DNA of 64,000 bases, taken from NCBI GenBank assembly GCA_029936815.1, contig JAPYRX010000007.1, forward strand, positions 3,129 through 67,128, given 5' to 3'. Shown here one piece after another: positions 1 to 9,306 of the stretch. A model generated the notes under the pieces. That model ran no database searches, was not told where the DNA came from, and was given only the letters and a program-made list of their open reading frames with translations. The DNA comes from Dehalococcoidia bacterium (GTDB lineage Bacteria > Chloroflexota > Dehalococcoidia > Lucifugimonadales > GCA-002694895). Each line of letters begins with the position of its first letter. Position 1 is the first letter of the stretch. The translations under genes and the position numbers were made by a program.

Positions 1-803
1 ATGCATTAAATTTGTTATCCAAAAAAAAAATACACATACTTTTAGAATTTTATGATGAACCAAGCAAATTTTATATCCCATTATATAAAAAATCTATAAA
101 AGAAAATAATAAAATAATATTAACAGCAATCACTTCTAGCCTGGCTGACAGAATTTCAGAACTCTTCGAAATAAATCGAAAAAGTATTTCAGTGAGTCCT
201 AGCGGGGTTGATAAATCTAAATTTGCTCATCACAAATTAAAATTAAATACTAATAAAAAAAACATTCTTTATGTTGGCAGTTTAAATCCTAATCGAGGAA
301 TTGATAATTTAATATTAGCATCAAAAAATATCAAAGAGCACAACTTTATTATTGTTGGAGGGACTACAAACGAAGCAACTAATTTGAAAAATAAATTTGA
401 TATAAATGAAGGATCTAATTTGATATTTGTTCCACATCAAAAACAATCTAAATTATTAGAATATTACAACAATTCACATATTTTAATTCTTCCAATGACC
501 GGTGATCAAAAGCACACTAGACTTTTCGCGTCTCCCAACAAGTTATTTGAATACATGGCGTCCGGTAAACCGATAATCGCATCTAATTTACCCTCTATTT
601 GCGAAATCTTAAAAGACTACAACAGTGCATTATTATTTCAACCAGATGATCCAATTGATTTAACAAAAAAAATTAATGAACTAATTAATAATAATGAGTT
701 ATCTAAAGAATTATCATCAAATGCTATGAATCTAGCAGAAAAGTATACTTGGCAAGCCAAAGCATCTAATTTAATAAAATTAATTCAAACCAATATCAAT
801 TAA
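1..803 (+). CDS. Glycosyltransferase family 1 (GT4-like), C-terminal part; the gene probably starts upstream of the window
   Basis: ORF 12..803 stays open back to base 3. GT-B C-terminal domain motifs are present (FEYMASGKPIIASNLPSICEIL). Confidence 0.7.
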   Translation, partial: ALNLLSKKKIHILLEFYDEPSKFYIPLYKKSIKENNKIILTAITSSLADRISELFEINRKSISVSPSGVDKSKFAHHKLKLNTNKKNILYVGSLNPNRGIDNLILASKNIKEHNFIIVGGTTNEATNLKNKFDINEGSNLIFVPHQKQSKLLEYYNNSHILILPMTGDQKHTRLFASPNKLFEYMASGKPIIASNLPSICEILKDYNSALLFQPDDPIDLTKKINELINNNELSKELSSNAMNLAEKYTWQAKASNLIKLIQTNIN

Positions 804-845
804 ATATTTCCAAATCCATAGTCATCTATAAAAAAATCTAAAGAA

Positions 846-1781
846 TTAAGTTTGTGAAACCCATCCATCATTTGATTTGTCAAACAATTCATACAAATGA
901 GTTAATATTTTTTCTTCTAATAATTTATTTTGTTGCAATTGTTGAATATTTGATTTTAAATGCGACAAATTTGTAGTGCCGACAATATGAACATTTATAG
1001 TTTTATGAGATAAAGCAAAAGCTAATGAAAGCTCTATTGAATTTAATTCAGTTTCAATTTTCATACCTTTAGATTGGATGAGTTTAAATCTTCTATGATA
1101 TTCATTTGCATAATCTGATGGAGAATTTTCTACTCCCCAAGCACCATTAGCTATTGGTCTTTTAGCTATTAATCCTTTATTAGTTTTTTCAACTCCTGGG
1201 AAAACCATATTTTTCGCACCTTGATCCAATATATTAAAACTTGTTTGAATCGAGTCAAATCTACCATCAAGGGAAGCCCATTGAGCAGCTTCATTATCTC
1301 CGCTATATCCAATAAATCTAACTTTTCCTGATTTTTTCATTTTTTCAATCGTTTCAATTACATCTCCTTGTTTTAATATTTCAAGATCACAAGAATGTAA
1401 TTGAATTAAATCAATATAATCCGTTTTCATTCTTTTCAAGCTTCTATCTACACTTTCAACTAAAGTTTTAATTGCCCAAGCTTGATCTTGGTCATTATCA
1501 GATATTAAGCCAGTGTTATTTGAATCTATAAAATGTCCACATTTAGTAGCAAGAAAAAATTCATCTCTTCTATTTGAAATTGCTCTGCCCAGAAAATCTT
1601 CACTATTTCCATAACAGGCAGATGTGTCAAAAAAATTGATTCCTAAATCTATTGCAGAATTTAATAAATTATCAATATTTTGTGATTCATCAACACTAAT
1701 CTTTCCTATTTCAGAAAGCCCTATTCCTAATTTACTTATATATTCCCCGGTATCTCCAAAATTATTTTTTTCTATACTCAT
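846..1781 (-). CDS. Aldo/keto reductase family oxidoreductase
   Basis: 311-aa ORF with an AKR-like layout (GINFFDTSACYGNSE, LATKCGH, IDLIQLHS, IGYSGDN). Confidence 0.8.
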   Translation of the reverse strand: MSIEKNNFGDTGEYISKLGIGLSEIGKISVDESQNIDNLLNSAIDLGINFFDTSACYGNSEDFLGRAISNRRDEFFLATKCGHFIDSNNTGLISDNDQDQAWAIKTLVESVDRSLKRMKTDYIDLIQLHSCDLEILKQGDVIETIEKMKKSGKVRFIGYSGDNEAAQWASLDGRFDSIQTSFNILDQGAKNMVFPGVEKTNKGLIAKRPIANGAWGVENSPSDYANEYHRRFKLIQSKGMKIETELNSIELSLAFALSHKTINVHIVGTTNLSHLKSNIQQLQQNKLLEEKILTHLYELFDKSNDGWVSQT

Positions 1782-1874
1782 CTAGGCTCCTTCAAGAATG
1801 ATTAAAATATAATTTTATAGATTAAAGAATAGTTTACAAGCAGATACTAAGAAATTACACTAGTTCATCAATAG

Positions 1875-2879
1875 TTAGCTATTATCAATATTTACAATAA
1901 TTCGACCAATTGTCTTACCTGACATCATCTTTAGAGCTGATGCTTTTAATTCATTTAGAGTAATTTCAGTACTTATTTTATTCAGCTCATTATCTGTAAT
2001 TAATGTTGACAATCTTTCCCACGCTTCTATTCTTTGTTCTAAAGAAGCATAAACTGAATCAATACCAATCAATTTTATTTTTCTTAAAATAAAAGGTAAA
2101 ACTGTAGTTGGTAAATGATTTCCAGCAGCATTACCGCATGAAGCTATAATTCCTCCGTAGTCTGTAGCAGACATTAGATTAGCTAAAATATCACCTCCTA
2201 CTGTATCAATAGCTCCAATCCATTTTGGGGAGTTAAGTGGGTTCTTCATATTTAAAATTTCATCTCTATGTATAATTTCCTTTGCTCCTAATTCTTTTAA
2301 CATATGTACTGCATCTTTTTTCCCTGTGAGAGCAATTACGTCATACCCCATTTTGGAAAGTAACATTAAAGACAAACTCCCTACTCCCCCCGTTGCACCA
2401 GTAATTAAAATTTTACCTAAAGAATTATTAATCCCCAATGATTCCAATTCAATAATTGCAAGCATAGCAGTTAATCCTGCAGTTCCTAAACGCATAGAAT
2501 TTTTCAAAGATAGATTGTCTGGTTTTCGTACTATGTAATCACTTTTTACTCTTGCATATTGTGAAAATCCTCCAGAGAATTTTTCACCCATACCCCATCC
2601 TGTAACTATAACTTCATCTCCTTTTGTGAAGATATTAGAGTTTGTGTGTTCAATTATTCCTGACAAATCTATCCCAGGAGACATTGGGAAATTTCTCAAT
2701 ATTTTCCCTTTATTTGAATCGATTGCCATAGCATCTTTATAATTAAGCGAGGAATAACATACTTTAATCAAAGTATCATTTTCAGGTAAGTCCTCAAATC
2801 CTATTTCATTTATATCTAAACTGAATTTTTCTAATTCAAATTTTGCTTGTAAAGCTTTAAATTTTGTACTCAATTTCAA
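1875..2879 (-). CDS. MDR-family NADPH:quinone oxidoreductase, YhdH/AcuI-like
   Basis: 334 aa with a TTG start. The N-terminal GroES-like domain (VCYSSLNYKDAMA) and Rossmann motif (ITGATGGVGS) are typical of the YhdH/AcuI subgroup. Confidence 0.75.
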   Translation of the reverse strand: MKLSTKFKALQAKFELEKFSLDINEIGFEDLPENDTLIKVCYSSLNYKDAMAIDSNKGKILRNFPMSPGIDLSGIIEHTNSNIFTKGDEVIVTGWGMGEKFSGGFSQYARVKSDYIVRKPDNLSLKNSMRLGTAGLTAMLAIIELESLGINNSLGKILITGATGGVGSLSLMLLSKMGYDVIALTGKKDAVHMLKELGAKEIIHRDEILNMKNPLNSPKWIGAIDTVGGDILANLMSATDYGGIIASCGNAAGNHLPTTVLPFILRKIKLIGIDSVYASLEQRIEAWERLSTLITDNELNKISTEITLNELKASALKMMSGKTIGRIIVNIDNS

Positions 2880-2936
2880 CCCACTTTAAATTTAGGTAAT
2901 ATATAATATCTCCTTGTACAATTTATTATATAACTT

Positions 2937-4324
2937 ATGAAAAATATATTATTTCTTGCAATATTTACATTGATCATATCAGCAGCATGTTCTAGCTCTT
3001 CTGATGTAATGGATACTGCTATAGATAAACAAAAAGAATTAGATGCAGCATATGAAATAGCAAATGATGCCAAAGCCAAGGAAGAAAGACTGGCTCAGGA
3101 AGAAGAAGAGAAAAAAATCACGAAGCTAATACACCTAAAACGTTAGAGCCTGGAATATCAACAGGTGATCCACGAAAAGATGAAATAGATATGTTTAAAC
3201 GGATAATAAGTGAAAATACAGGTCCTGCATGTAATATATATGGAATTGCTCCATGTCCATAATGGCCAAATTTTATAAAAACCAAACCTGCTAAAGGGAA
3301 TCTTCCTGTCTATAAAGAAACTATATGTGAAGGTAAATTTAATACTACAGAATATCTGCTTAAAACACCAAAAGATGATTATGTTACATGTTTAATCAAT
3401 GCCAGTAAATCTGATGAAAAACCATACATGGTTGCAGGAGCTCAACTTGATCAAAGAGTATTAGAAGATGTTCTTGAAGCCCGGTTATATGGGGCAAAAT
3501 TACTTGGCAACTGGGAGCCTTTGCTTAATATATTTGTAAGATATGGAGAACCTTATTTGGAATACGTTGCTGCACAAGAATGTTTATACAGGATGAAATA
3601 TGGATTTGACGGCTATTTACCGGATTACAATAGTTGCTATGAATACACATATTGGTACTACAGAACATTTGATGATTGTTGTGGGGCATTCCCTGGTGTT
3701 TTAACACCTGTCAGATTTCAATCAATGACATACAGTGCCCCGGACAGACAATATGAAGAGAAACAAATATATAAAACCACATTGCATGAATATTTTCATG
3801 TCTGGCAAAGTGCATTTAAAGTCCATCCCCATGAAACACGGTGTTCAGATGAGGCAAATACACTCTGTGAATTAGGGAATGGGCCTTTATGGTTGGAAGA
3901 AGGATCAGCTTCATACTTTGCAGCTTACTTCGCAGAGAAAAAAGCATGGGCTAATCTTGAATCTGAACTAACTGAAAAATAAAATTCAGCACATGATGTT
4001 TATGATAAATGGGGATTTACTTTGAAAAATTCACATAACCGTGGCGGAAAAGATAAACTTGATCAACACGAATGTAATTGTGGTGGAGCAATAATGTATG
4101 ACATGGGCATATGGGGAGTTGCGTGGTTGATTCACAAATCAAAAAGTAATGATGGGTTTTTGAAAGAATTTTATCCAAAAGTTGCTTATACAGGCTACCA
4201 ACAAACGTTTAAAAATGCCTTCGGATTATCTTTGGATGAATTTTACGATCAATTTGCTATATGGTTTGATAAAACATCCAAAGTTGAAAAACTTGAAATT
4301 ATAAACGAAATATCTAAATATTAA
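2937..4324 (+). pseudogene. Disrupted secreted or lipoprotein gluzincin (peptidase MA-like) gene
   Basis: The signal peptide ORF (2937..3146) must shift frame between 3068 and 3146, most simply at the A7 run 3111..3117. That frame then runs to 4324 but is interrupted by in-frame TAA codons at 3260..3262 and 3980..3982. The HEYFH ... WLEEGSASY motifs lie in the 3428..3982 piece. Confidence 0.6.
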
Positions 4325-5225
4325 GTAATTTTTTTATTATGCGATAAGTAAATAAATATTTATTATTTGATGTGGTCAATCTATCTAAGTAATTAATTTC
4401 AGAATTTTTCAACTTACTTAGTGAGTGATCATTTATTAAATTATTATTTAATAATACTCGATCAATCCCAAGTTCATTGAGTATTGATATGGATTCATCA
4501 TTGTAATCTGTATACATTCCAAAGGGAAATGCGAATACTTTTGTGGTGTTTAGTTTTAAGGAATTTAAATAGATTTGATTTTTATGAATTTCTTCATATT
4601 GTTTTTGGTAAGATAAAGTCGATAAAACATAATGATTGAAGGTATGATTTCCATAATATATATAATCACTATCTATTAATTTATTTGAGTCAGATAATAA
4701 ATTAGTTTCAATTTCTATGTTTTCATTAATAAAAAATTCATCTAAATATTTATCTAGTTTAAAAGAATTAAATTTATATGATTTAGAATCTTTGAAAAAA
4801 TTTAAATAATTCATTTCATAATTAAAATAGTTATTGTATTGAGATTTGAATTTCATAAATAATTTACAATCTTGTAATAAATATGTAATTTTTTCTCTCC
4901 AGAAAGTTTTGTTATTAAAAGAGTTACCTATCAAAAAAACTGTACTTGGAATTTTTTTATTGTCTAATTCAGGCAATATTAAATCGAATAAATTCTCGTA
5001 TCCATCATCAAAAGTAATCGATAATTTATTTTCTTTAGATTCATCGTCAAAGATATTATCGATTGGAACAATATTGTAAAAATTAGATAGGAAAGAAATT
5101 TGAGTTAAAATATTTTTTGGAGTTATATTATGAATAAAAGAATTTGTTTTATTTTTTATATTAAAAGAGGAGTGGTAAATAAGTACTAAATGGCCATTAT
5201 TTTTATTTTTTAAAAATTCAAACAT
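4314..5225 (-). CDS. Polysaccharide deacetylase (NodB-homology domain)
   Basis: 303 aa. LSITFDDGYENLFDLILP...PSTVFLIG is the classic NodB motif arrangement. Confidence 0.75.
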   Translation of the reverse strand: MFEFLKNKNNGHLVLIYHSSFNIKNKTNSFIHNITPKNILTQISFLSNFYNIVPIDNIFDDESKENKLSITFDDGYENLFDLILPELDNKKIPSTVFLIGNSFNNKTFWREKITYLLQDCKLFMKFKSQYNNYFNYEMNYLNFFKDSKSYKFNSFKLDKYLDEFFINENIEIETNLLSDSNKLIDSDYIYYGNHTFNHYVLSTLSYQKQYEEIHKNQIYLNSLKLNTTKVFAFPFGMYTDYNDESISILNELGIDRVLLNNNLINDHSLSKLKNSEINYLDRLTTSNNKYLFTYRIIKKLLNI

Positions 5226-5487
5226 TATTTACTTTAAATTTAATTATTAAGAACTCATAAATATTTGTAAAGTTTTTATATATTTTCTATGCACTGTAAT
5301 ATATTCAATCAAAACAACTAAGACAGTACTAGATTGAATATGATTATTTCTCAATAATAGTATTAAATATCAATATAAAACTTTCATTATTGAAAACACA
5401 ATTATTTTCAATATTAATTAAATAAATCTTTATAAACATAATATATAGTAAAATTGTAAAGAAATTATTAAATATATGTAAATACAA

Positions 5488-6651
5488 ATGAAAATTGGAA
5501 TGGTTTTTCCAGCTGTAGAGTATGGAGGACAAGAAAAAAATTTAATTAAACTGAGTAATGAATTACACAAGAAAAAATACGAAATCGAAATTTTAACTTA
5601 TGGGAATAAAAAATTTTCAACCGCAATAATTTGTCCTGACATAAAAAGAGTAAATCTTAAATCTTCAAAGATAAAATATAATCTTTTAAACTTATTAATT
5701 TCTTTAATCTTCAAAGGAATGTTAGGTATTTATTTAAAGAGTTTAATTGAAATATCTAAATTGTTAATCAGCAATGAATACGCAATCTTGATATGTTTTC
5801 AATCTGGGGGCCTTGTATCTCTGCTAAAAAAAATCACAAAAAGTAAAACTAAAATAATCATAAGAGAATCTACTTCTCCAATACATATGGCAAAAATACA
5901 AAAATCTTCTTTTATTTATTCAATTAATATACAAATTAAAAAGCTTTTTTATCAAATAACTGATGTGATTGTAACTAACTCAACAGGAACTAAAAATGAA
6001 ATCAATGAATTAATTAATGAAGACAAGGCTATTTTAATTGAAAATATTTGTGATTTCTCAGACACAAATATAATCAAATCAAAAAACTTTCATTCTATAT
6101 TCAAAACAAAATCTATCAAGTTAATATCAGTTGGGAGATTAAATAAAACTAAAAGAATAGATATATTACTAAAAGCAGTGAAAGAAGTATTAAATATACA
6201 TACCGTAGATTTAATACTGATTGGCGATGGTCCGGAACGATCAAATCTATCAAAATTAAGTAAAGAATTAAATATTTCAAACAACATACATTTCATTGGT
6301 TTTTCAAATCAAGCATACAATTGGATAAACAATTCAGATATATATCTCTCATCCAGCATTATAGAGGGCTCACCAAATTCTATAATAGAATCAGTTTGTT
6401 TAGGAACGCCAGTAATAGCCGCTGATTGTTTTCATGGCCCAAAAGAAATATTAGATAATGGTAAAATTGGATTATTAGTCCCAATCAATAACATCAAAGA
6501 AATGACATCTAATATCATTTTATTAATTGAAAACAAAATATTGAGAGAAAAGTATTCAAAATTATCAATTGAAAAAAAATCATTATATTCAAAAGAAAGA
6601 ATTTCTCAAATTTATATACGTGAAATAAATAAACTTAATGAAACTATTTAA
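5488..6651 (+). CDS. Glycosyltransferase family 1
   Basis: 387 aa. N-terminal GG(Q)EK motif and C-terminal GT-B domain (LIGDGPER..., SSSIIEGSPNSIIESVCLGTPVIA). Confidence 0.8.
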   Translation: MKIGMVFPAVEYGGQEKNLIKLSNELHKKKYEIEILTYGNKKFSTAIICPDIKRVNLKSSKIKYNLLNLLISLIFKGMLGIYLKSLIEISKLLISNEYAILICFQSGGLVSLLKKITKSKTKIIIRESTSPIHMAKIQKSSFIYSINIQIKKLFYQITDVIVTNSTGTKNEINELINEDKAILIENICDFSDTNIIKSKNFHSIFKTKSIKLISVGRLNKTKRIDILLKAVKEVLNIHTVDLILIGDGPERSNLSKLSKELNISNNIHFIGFSNQAYNWINNSDIYLSSSIIEGSPNSIIESVCLGTPVIAADCFHGPKEILDNGKIGLLVPINNIKEMTSNIILLIENKILREKYSKLSIEKKSLYSKERISQIYIREINKLNETI

Positions 6652-7375
6652 AACATTATACATATCTTTATCTTTAGTAATCATTCTTAGTTGTAATGGG
6701 AACATATACAATCCAGAAATAAAAAATACTGAACAAGATTCTATAAAGTTGATAAAATTCAATATGGTAATGAATGACTTTTTACCTAATGTATGGTCAT
6801 CTATTAAAATTTTTGAAATTAGTCAAACAAATTCTCCGTATGATAAAGAATCACTGGAGATTAAAACATGTATATCTAAATTATCTTCTCATAACATCCG
6901 GAATATTAGAGATAATGAGTTGGAAGCAATCAAAAAAGAATTCAATATTTCTTATTCCTCCATAAATCCAGCATTGGAAAACAAGATTTACAATTATATT
7001 GACAATCTATCTATCTTCCTCGATTTTACTATTGATAAAATGAATAATTCCATATATACAACTGCTACACCTGTTGCTACATGGGAGAAGGATATAAGAT
7101 TAATAGATAAAAATTCCAAGCTTGCTCCAAATAAAAACCTTTACGTCGCAATAACGGAATATAAATCTAAAAGAAATAGTGCTATTGGACCTGTTTCTCA
7201 AGTTTTTGAAAAATTTGAGAGTGAAATTTTTGAGTCTAGTGTATTGTTTTATATGCGAGATTTCATTTCGCATATAATTGGTAGCACAGATATAAATAAT
7301 AATCAGAATATAGATTACTACTTTTGGCAGTCAAACAAGCAAAAATTTATTAATAGTTCGATATGTGCTAAATAA
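6638..7375 (+). CDS. Hypothetical lipoprotein
   Basis: Signal peptide ending in the lipobox-like IILSC. No recognisable domain. Overlaps the upstream GT gene by 14 nt. Confidence 0.45.
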   Translation: MKLFKTLYISLSLVIILSCNGNIYNPEIKNTEQDSIKLIKFNMVMNDFLPNVWSSIKIFEISQTNSPYDKESLEIKTCISKLSSHNIRNIRDNELEAIKKEFNISYSSINPALENKIYNYIDNLSIFLDFTIDKMNNSIYTTATPVATWEKDIRLIDKNSKLAPNKNLYVAITEYKSKRNSAIGPVSQVFEKFESEIFESSVLFYMRDFISHIIGSTDINNNQNIDYYFWQSNKQKFINSSICAK

Positions 7376-7448
7376 TATAACATAGTTTAAATTGAATAAT
7401 TTCAAGTTAGAAACTATAATATGTTTTCGTAATAATTATTGGTGAAAC

Positions 7449-7574
7449 ATGAAAATATTTAATTCGTTGAAATCTGTTAAAGGTAGAGATAGAAATAATA
7501 GATTGGTTCGAAGAAAAGGAAGAGTCTATATTATAAATAAAAAAAATCCAAGGATGAAAGTTAGACAAGGGTGA
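7449..7574 (+). CDS. rpmJ: 50S ribosomal protein L36, Cys-less (zinc-independent, YkgO-like) form
   Basis: My own translation gives [41 protein letters not shown] (41 aa), below the ORF-track cut-off. GGTGA lies upstream of the ATG. The stop overlaps the next gene start (GTGA). Confidence 0.85.
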   Translation: MKIFNSLKSVKGRDRNNRLVRRKGRVYIINKKNPRMKVRQG

Positions 7575-8410
7575 CCAAAAATAACATAATTGGTTTAATA
7601 GGTATGGGCGACATGGGACATAATGTTGCTAAATACTTAATTAAATCCAATTTTAAAATTGTTACCAATCTGGATCATAGAAGTAAAAAAAGCATTGATA
7701 CTGCTAAATCTCTAAAAATTGAAATTCTTGAATTAAATGAATTTATTAACAAATCTCATTTAATTATTTCTATAATCCCTCCATCGGCGGCATACGACAC
7801 AGCAAAGATACTTTCTGATTATTCGAAAAAATTAAGCAAACCAATAACTTATATTGACGCAAATGCGATTTCTCCAAAAACAACACTCTTGATTGAGAAT
7901 GAATTCTATATTTCATCTTATAAATCTAGTAAATATATAGATGGATCCATAATAGGAGGCCCTCCAAACAAATCATACAAGCCAAGATTATATGTATCGG
8001 GTAAATACGCTGAAGAAGTATCGTATTTGAATTCATTAGCATTTGATATCATAAATCTCGGAAATGAAACACAATTAGCATCAAGTATTAAAATGTGTTA
8101 TGCATCATTAACTAAAGGTACTAGCGCACTATTACTTTCGTTAATTCTTTTGGCAGACAAATTAGAAGTTTCCAATTACTTATTTGAAGAATTAGAGTAT
8201 AGCCAACAAGAAACATTAGATAAAATAATGAATTCATTCCCATCCATAGCAAACAAATCAAGTCGTTGGATTGCCGAGATGGAAGAGATTGCAAGTACCT
8301 ATGTTGACAACGAACAGAGTCCAGGGGTATTTGATAATGCTAGCTATATATACAGATTGCTGTCAAAAAATAAAAAACAATTTAGTAAATTAATAGCGGA
8401 AAATTTCTAA
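7571..8410 (+). CDS. NAD(P)-dependent oxidoreductase (6PGDH-type NAD-binding domain, DUF1932-like C-terminus)
   Basis: N-terminal Rossmann motif GLIGMGDMG. 279 aa with a GTG start. Confidence 0.6.
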   Translation: MTKNNIIGLIGMGDMGHNVAKYLIKSNFKIVTNLDHRSKKSIDTAKSLKIEILELNEFINKSHLIISIIPPSAAYDTAKILSDYSKKLSKPITYIDANAISPKTTLLIENEFYISSYKSSKYIDGSIIGGPPNKSYKPRLYVSGKYAEEVSYLNSLAFDIINLGNETQLASSIKMCYASLTKGTSALLLSLILLADKLEVSNYLFEELEYSQQETLDKIMNSFPSIANKSSRWIAEMEEIASTYVDNEQSPGVFDNASYIYRLLSKNKKQFSKLIAENF

Positions 8411-9297
8411 ATAATTTTAGATTTTCTTTCATCCCAATAAACCAGGATCTGGGTAGCAATTGTTAGTGATGAATAAGTACCTGAAATCAATCCAATAATT
8501 AATACTAATATAAATGGTTTAAGAGTATCTCCACCAAATAAATACATTGCCAAAAGTGTGACTAGTAATGTAATACTCGTATTTAAAGATCTTCCAAAAG
8601 TTTGAGAAACGCTTAAGTTCACTACTTGACTTAATCTCATTCCACTATAATCAATTATATTGCTACGAAGCCTGTCTAGTACAACAATCGAATCATTTAC
8701 GCTGTAACCTACAACAGTTAAGAAAGCAATTATAAACATTGTATTTACCTCATAGTCCAAAAATATTCCAAGTATGGCAAATATTCCTAGTACTAGTACT
8801 GAATCATGAAGCAGAGCTATGATTGATGCAACGCTATATCTAATAGGATTAGGAACATTTCTAAAAGCCCACCAAATATAAATGAATATACCAAAAGTGG
8901 CTGCTAATACTGCCCAAAAAGAATTGATTACAGTTTCTTTAGCAATAAGTGGCGAAATCATATCAAAAGAAAGTACTTCTATATCATTTTTCGCAATAGT
9001 TAGTGAATCTAATTTATTTAGTAAATCAGCTTTTTGACTATCGTTAATATCAAAAGTCCTTACAAAAAAAGTATTATCTCCAAAATTTTGAATTATTGAT
9101 GATTCAAATTCTGTGCCTACGAGTATGTTTCTCATTTCTTCTGAAGAATTATGAGTGGGTAATTTTACTGTCAAAGTGCTTCCTCCAGTAAAATCAATTC
9201 CCGGTTTTAATCCTCCCATTATAATAAATATAATTCCAACAATAATTATTATTGAAGAAAAGATAAAAAACAATTTTCTATTTTTAGAAAGATTCAT
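8407..9297 (-). CDS. secF: Protein translocase subunit SecF
   Basis: 296 aa. SecD/SecF family six-TM C-terminal domain (GIDFTGGS, SVNDSIVVLDRLR). Confidence 0.9.
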   Translation of the reverse strand: MNLSKNRKLFFIFSSIIIIVGIIFIIMGGLKPGIDFTGGSTLTVKLPTHNSSEEMRNILVGTEFESSIIQNFGDNTFFVRTFDINDSQKADLLNKLDSLTIAKNDIEVLSFDMISPLIAKETVINSFWAVLAATFGIFIYIWWAFRNVPNPIRYSVASIIALLHDSVLVLGIFAILGIFLDYEVNTMFIIAFLTVVGYSVNDSIVVLDRLRSNIIDYSGMRLSQVVNLSVSQTFGRSLNTSITLLVTLLAMYLFGGDTLKPFILVLIIGLISGTYSSLTIATQILVYWDERKSKII

Positions 9298-9306
9298 AAC
9301 AATCCC

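Noticed and set aside
3260-3982. The two in-frame TAA codons in the gluzincin gene could be programmed read-through or reassigned stops.
   Set aside because: TAA is a frequently used terminator among the well-conserved genes here, and the gene also carries a frameshift. Decay is the simpler explanation.
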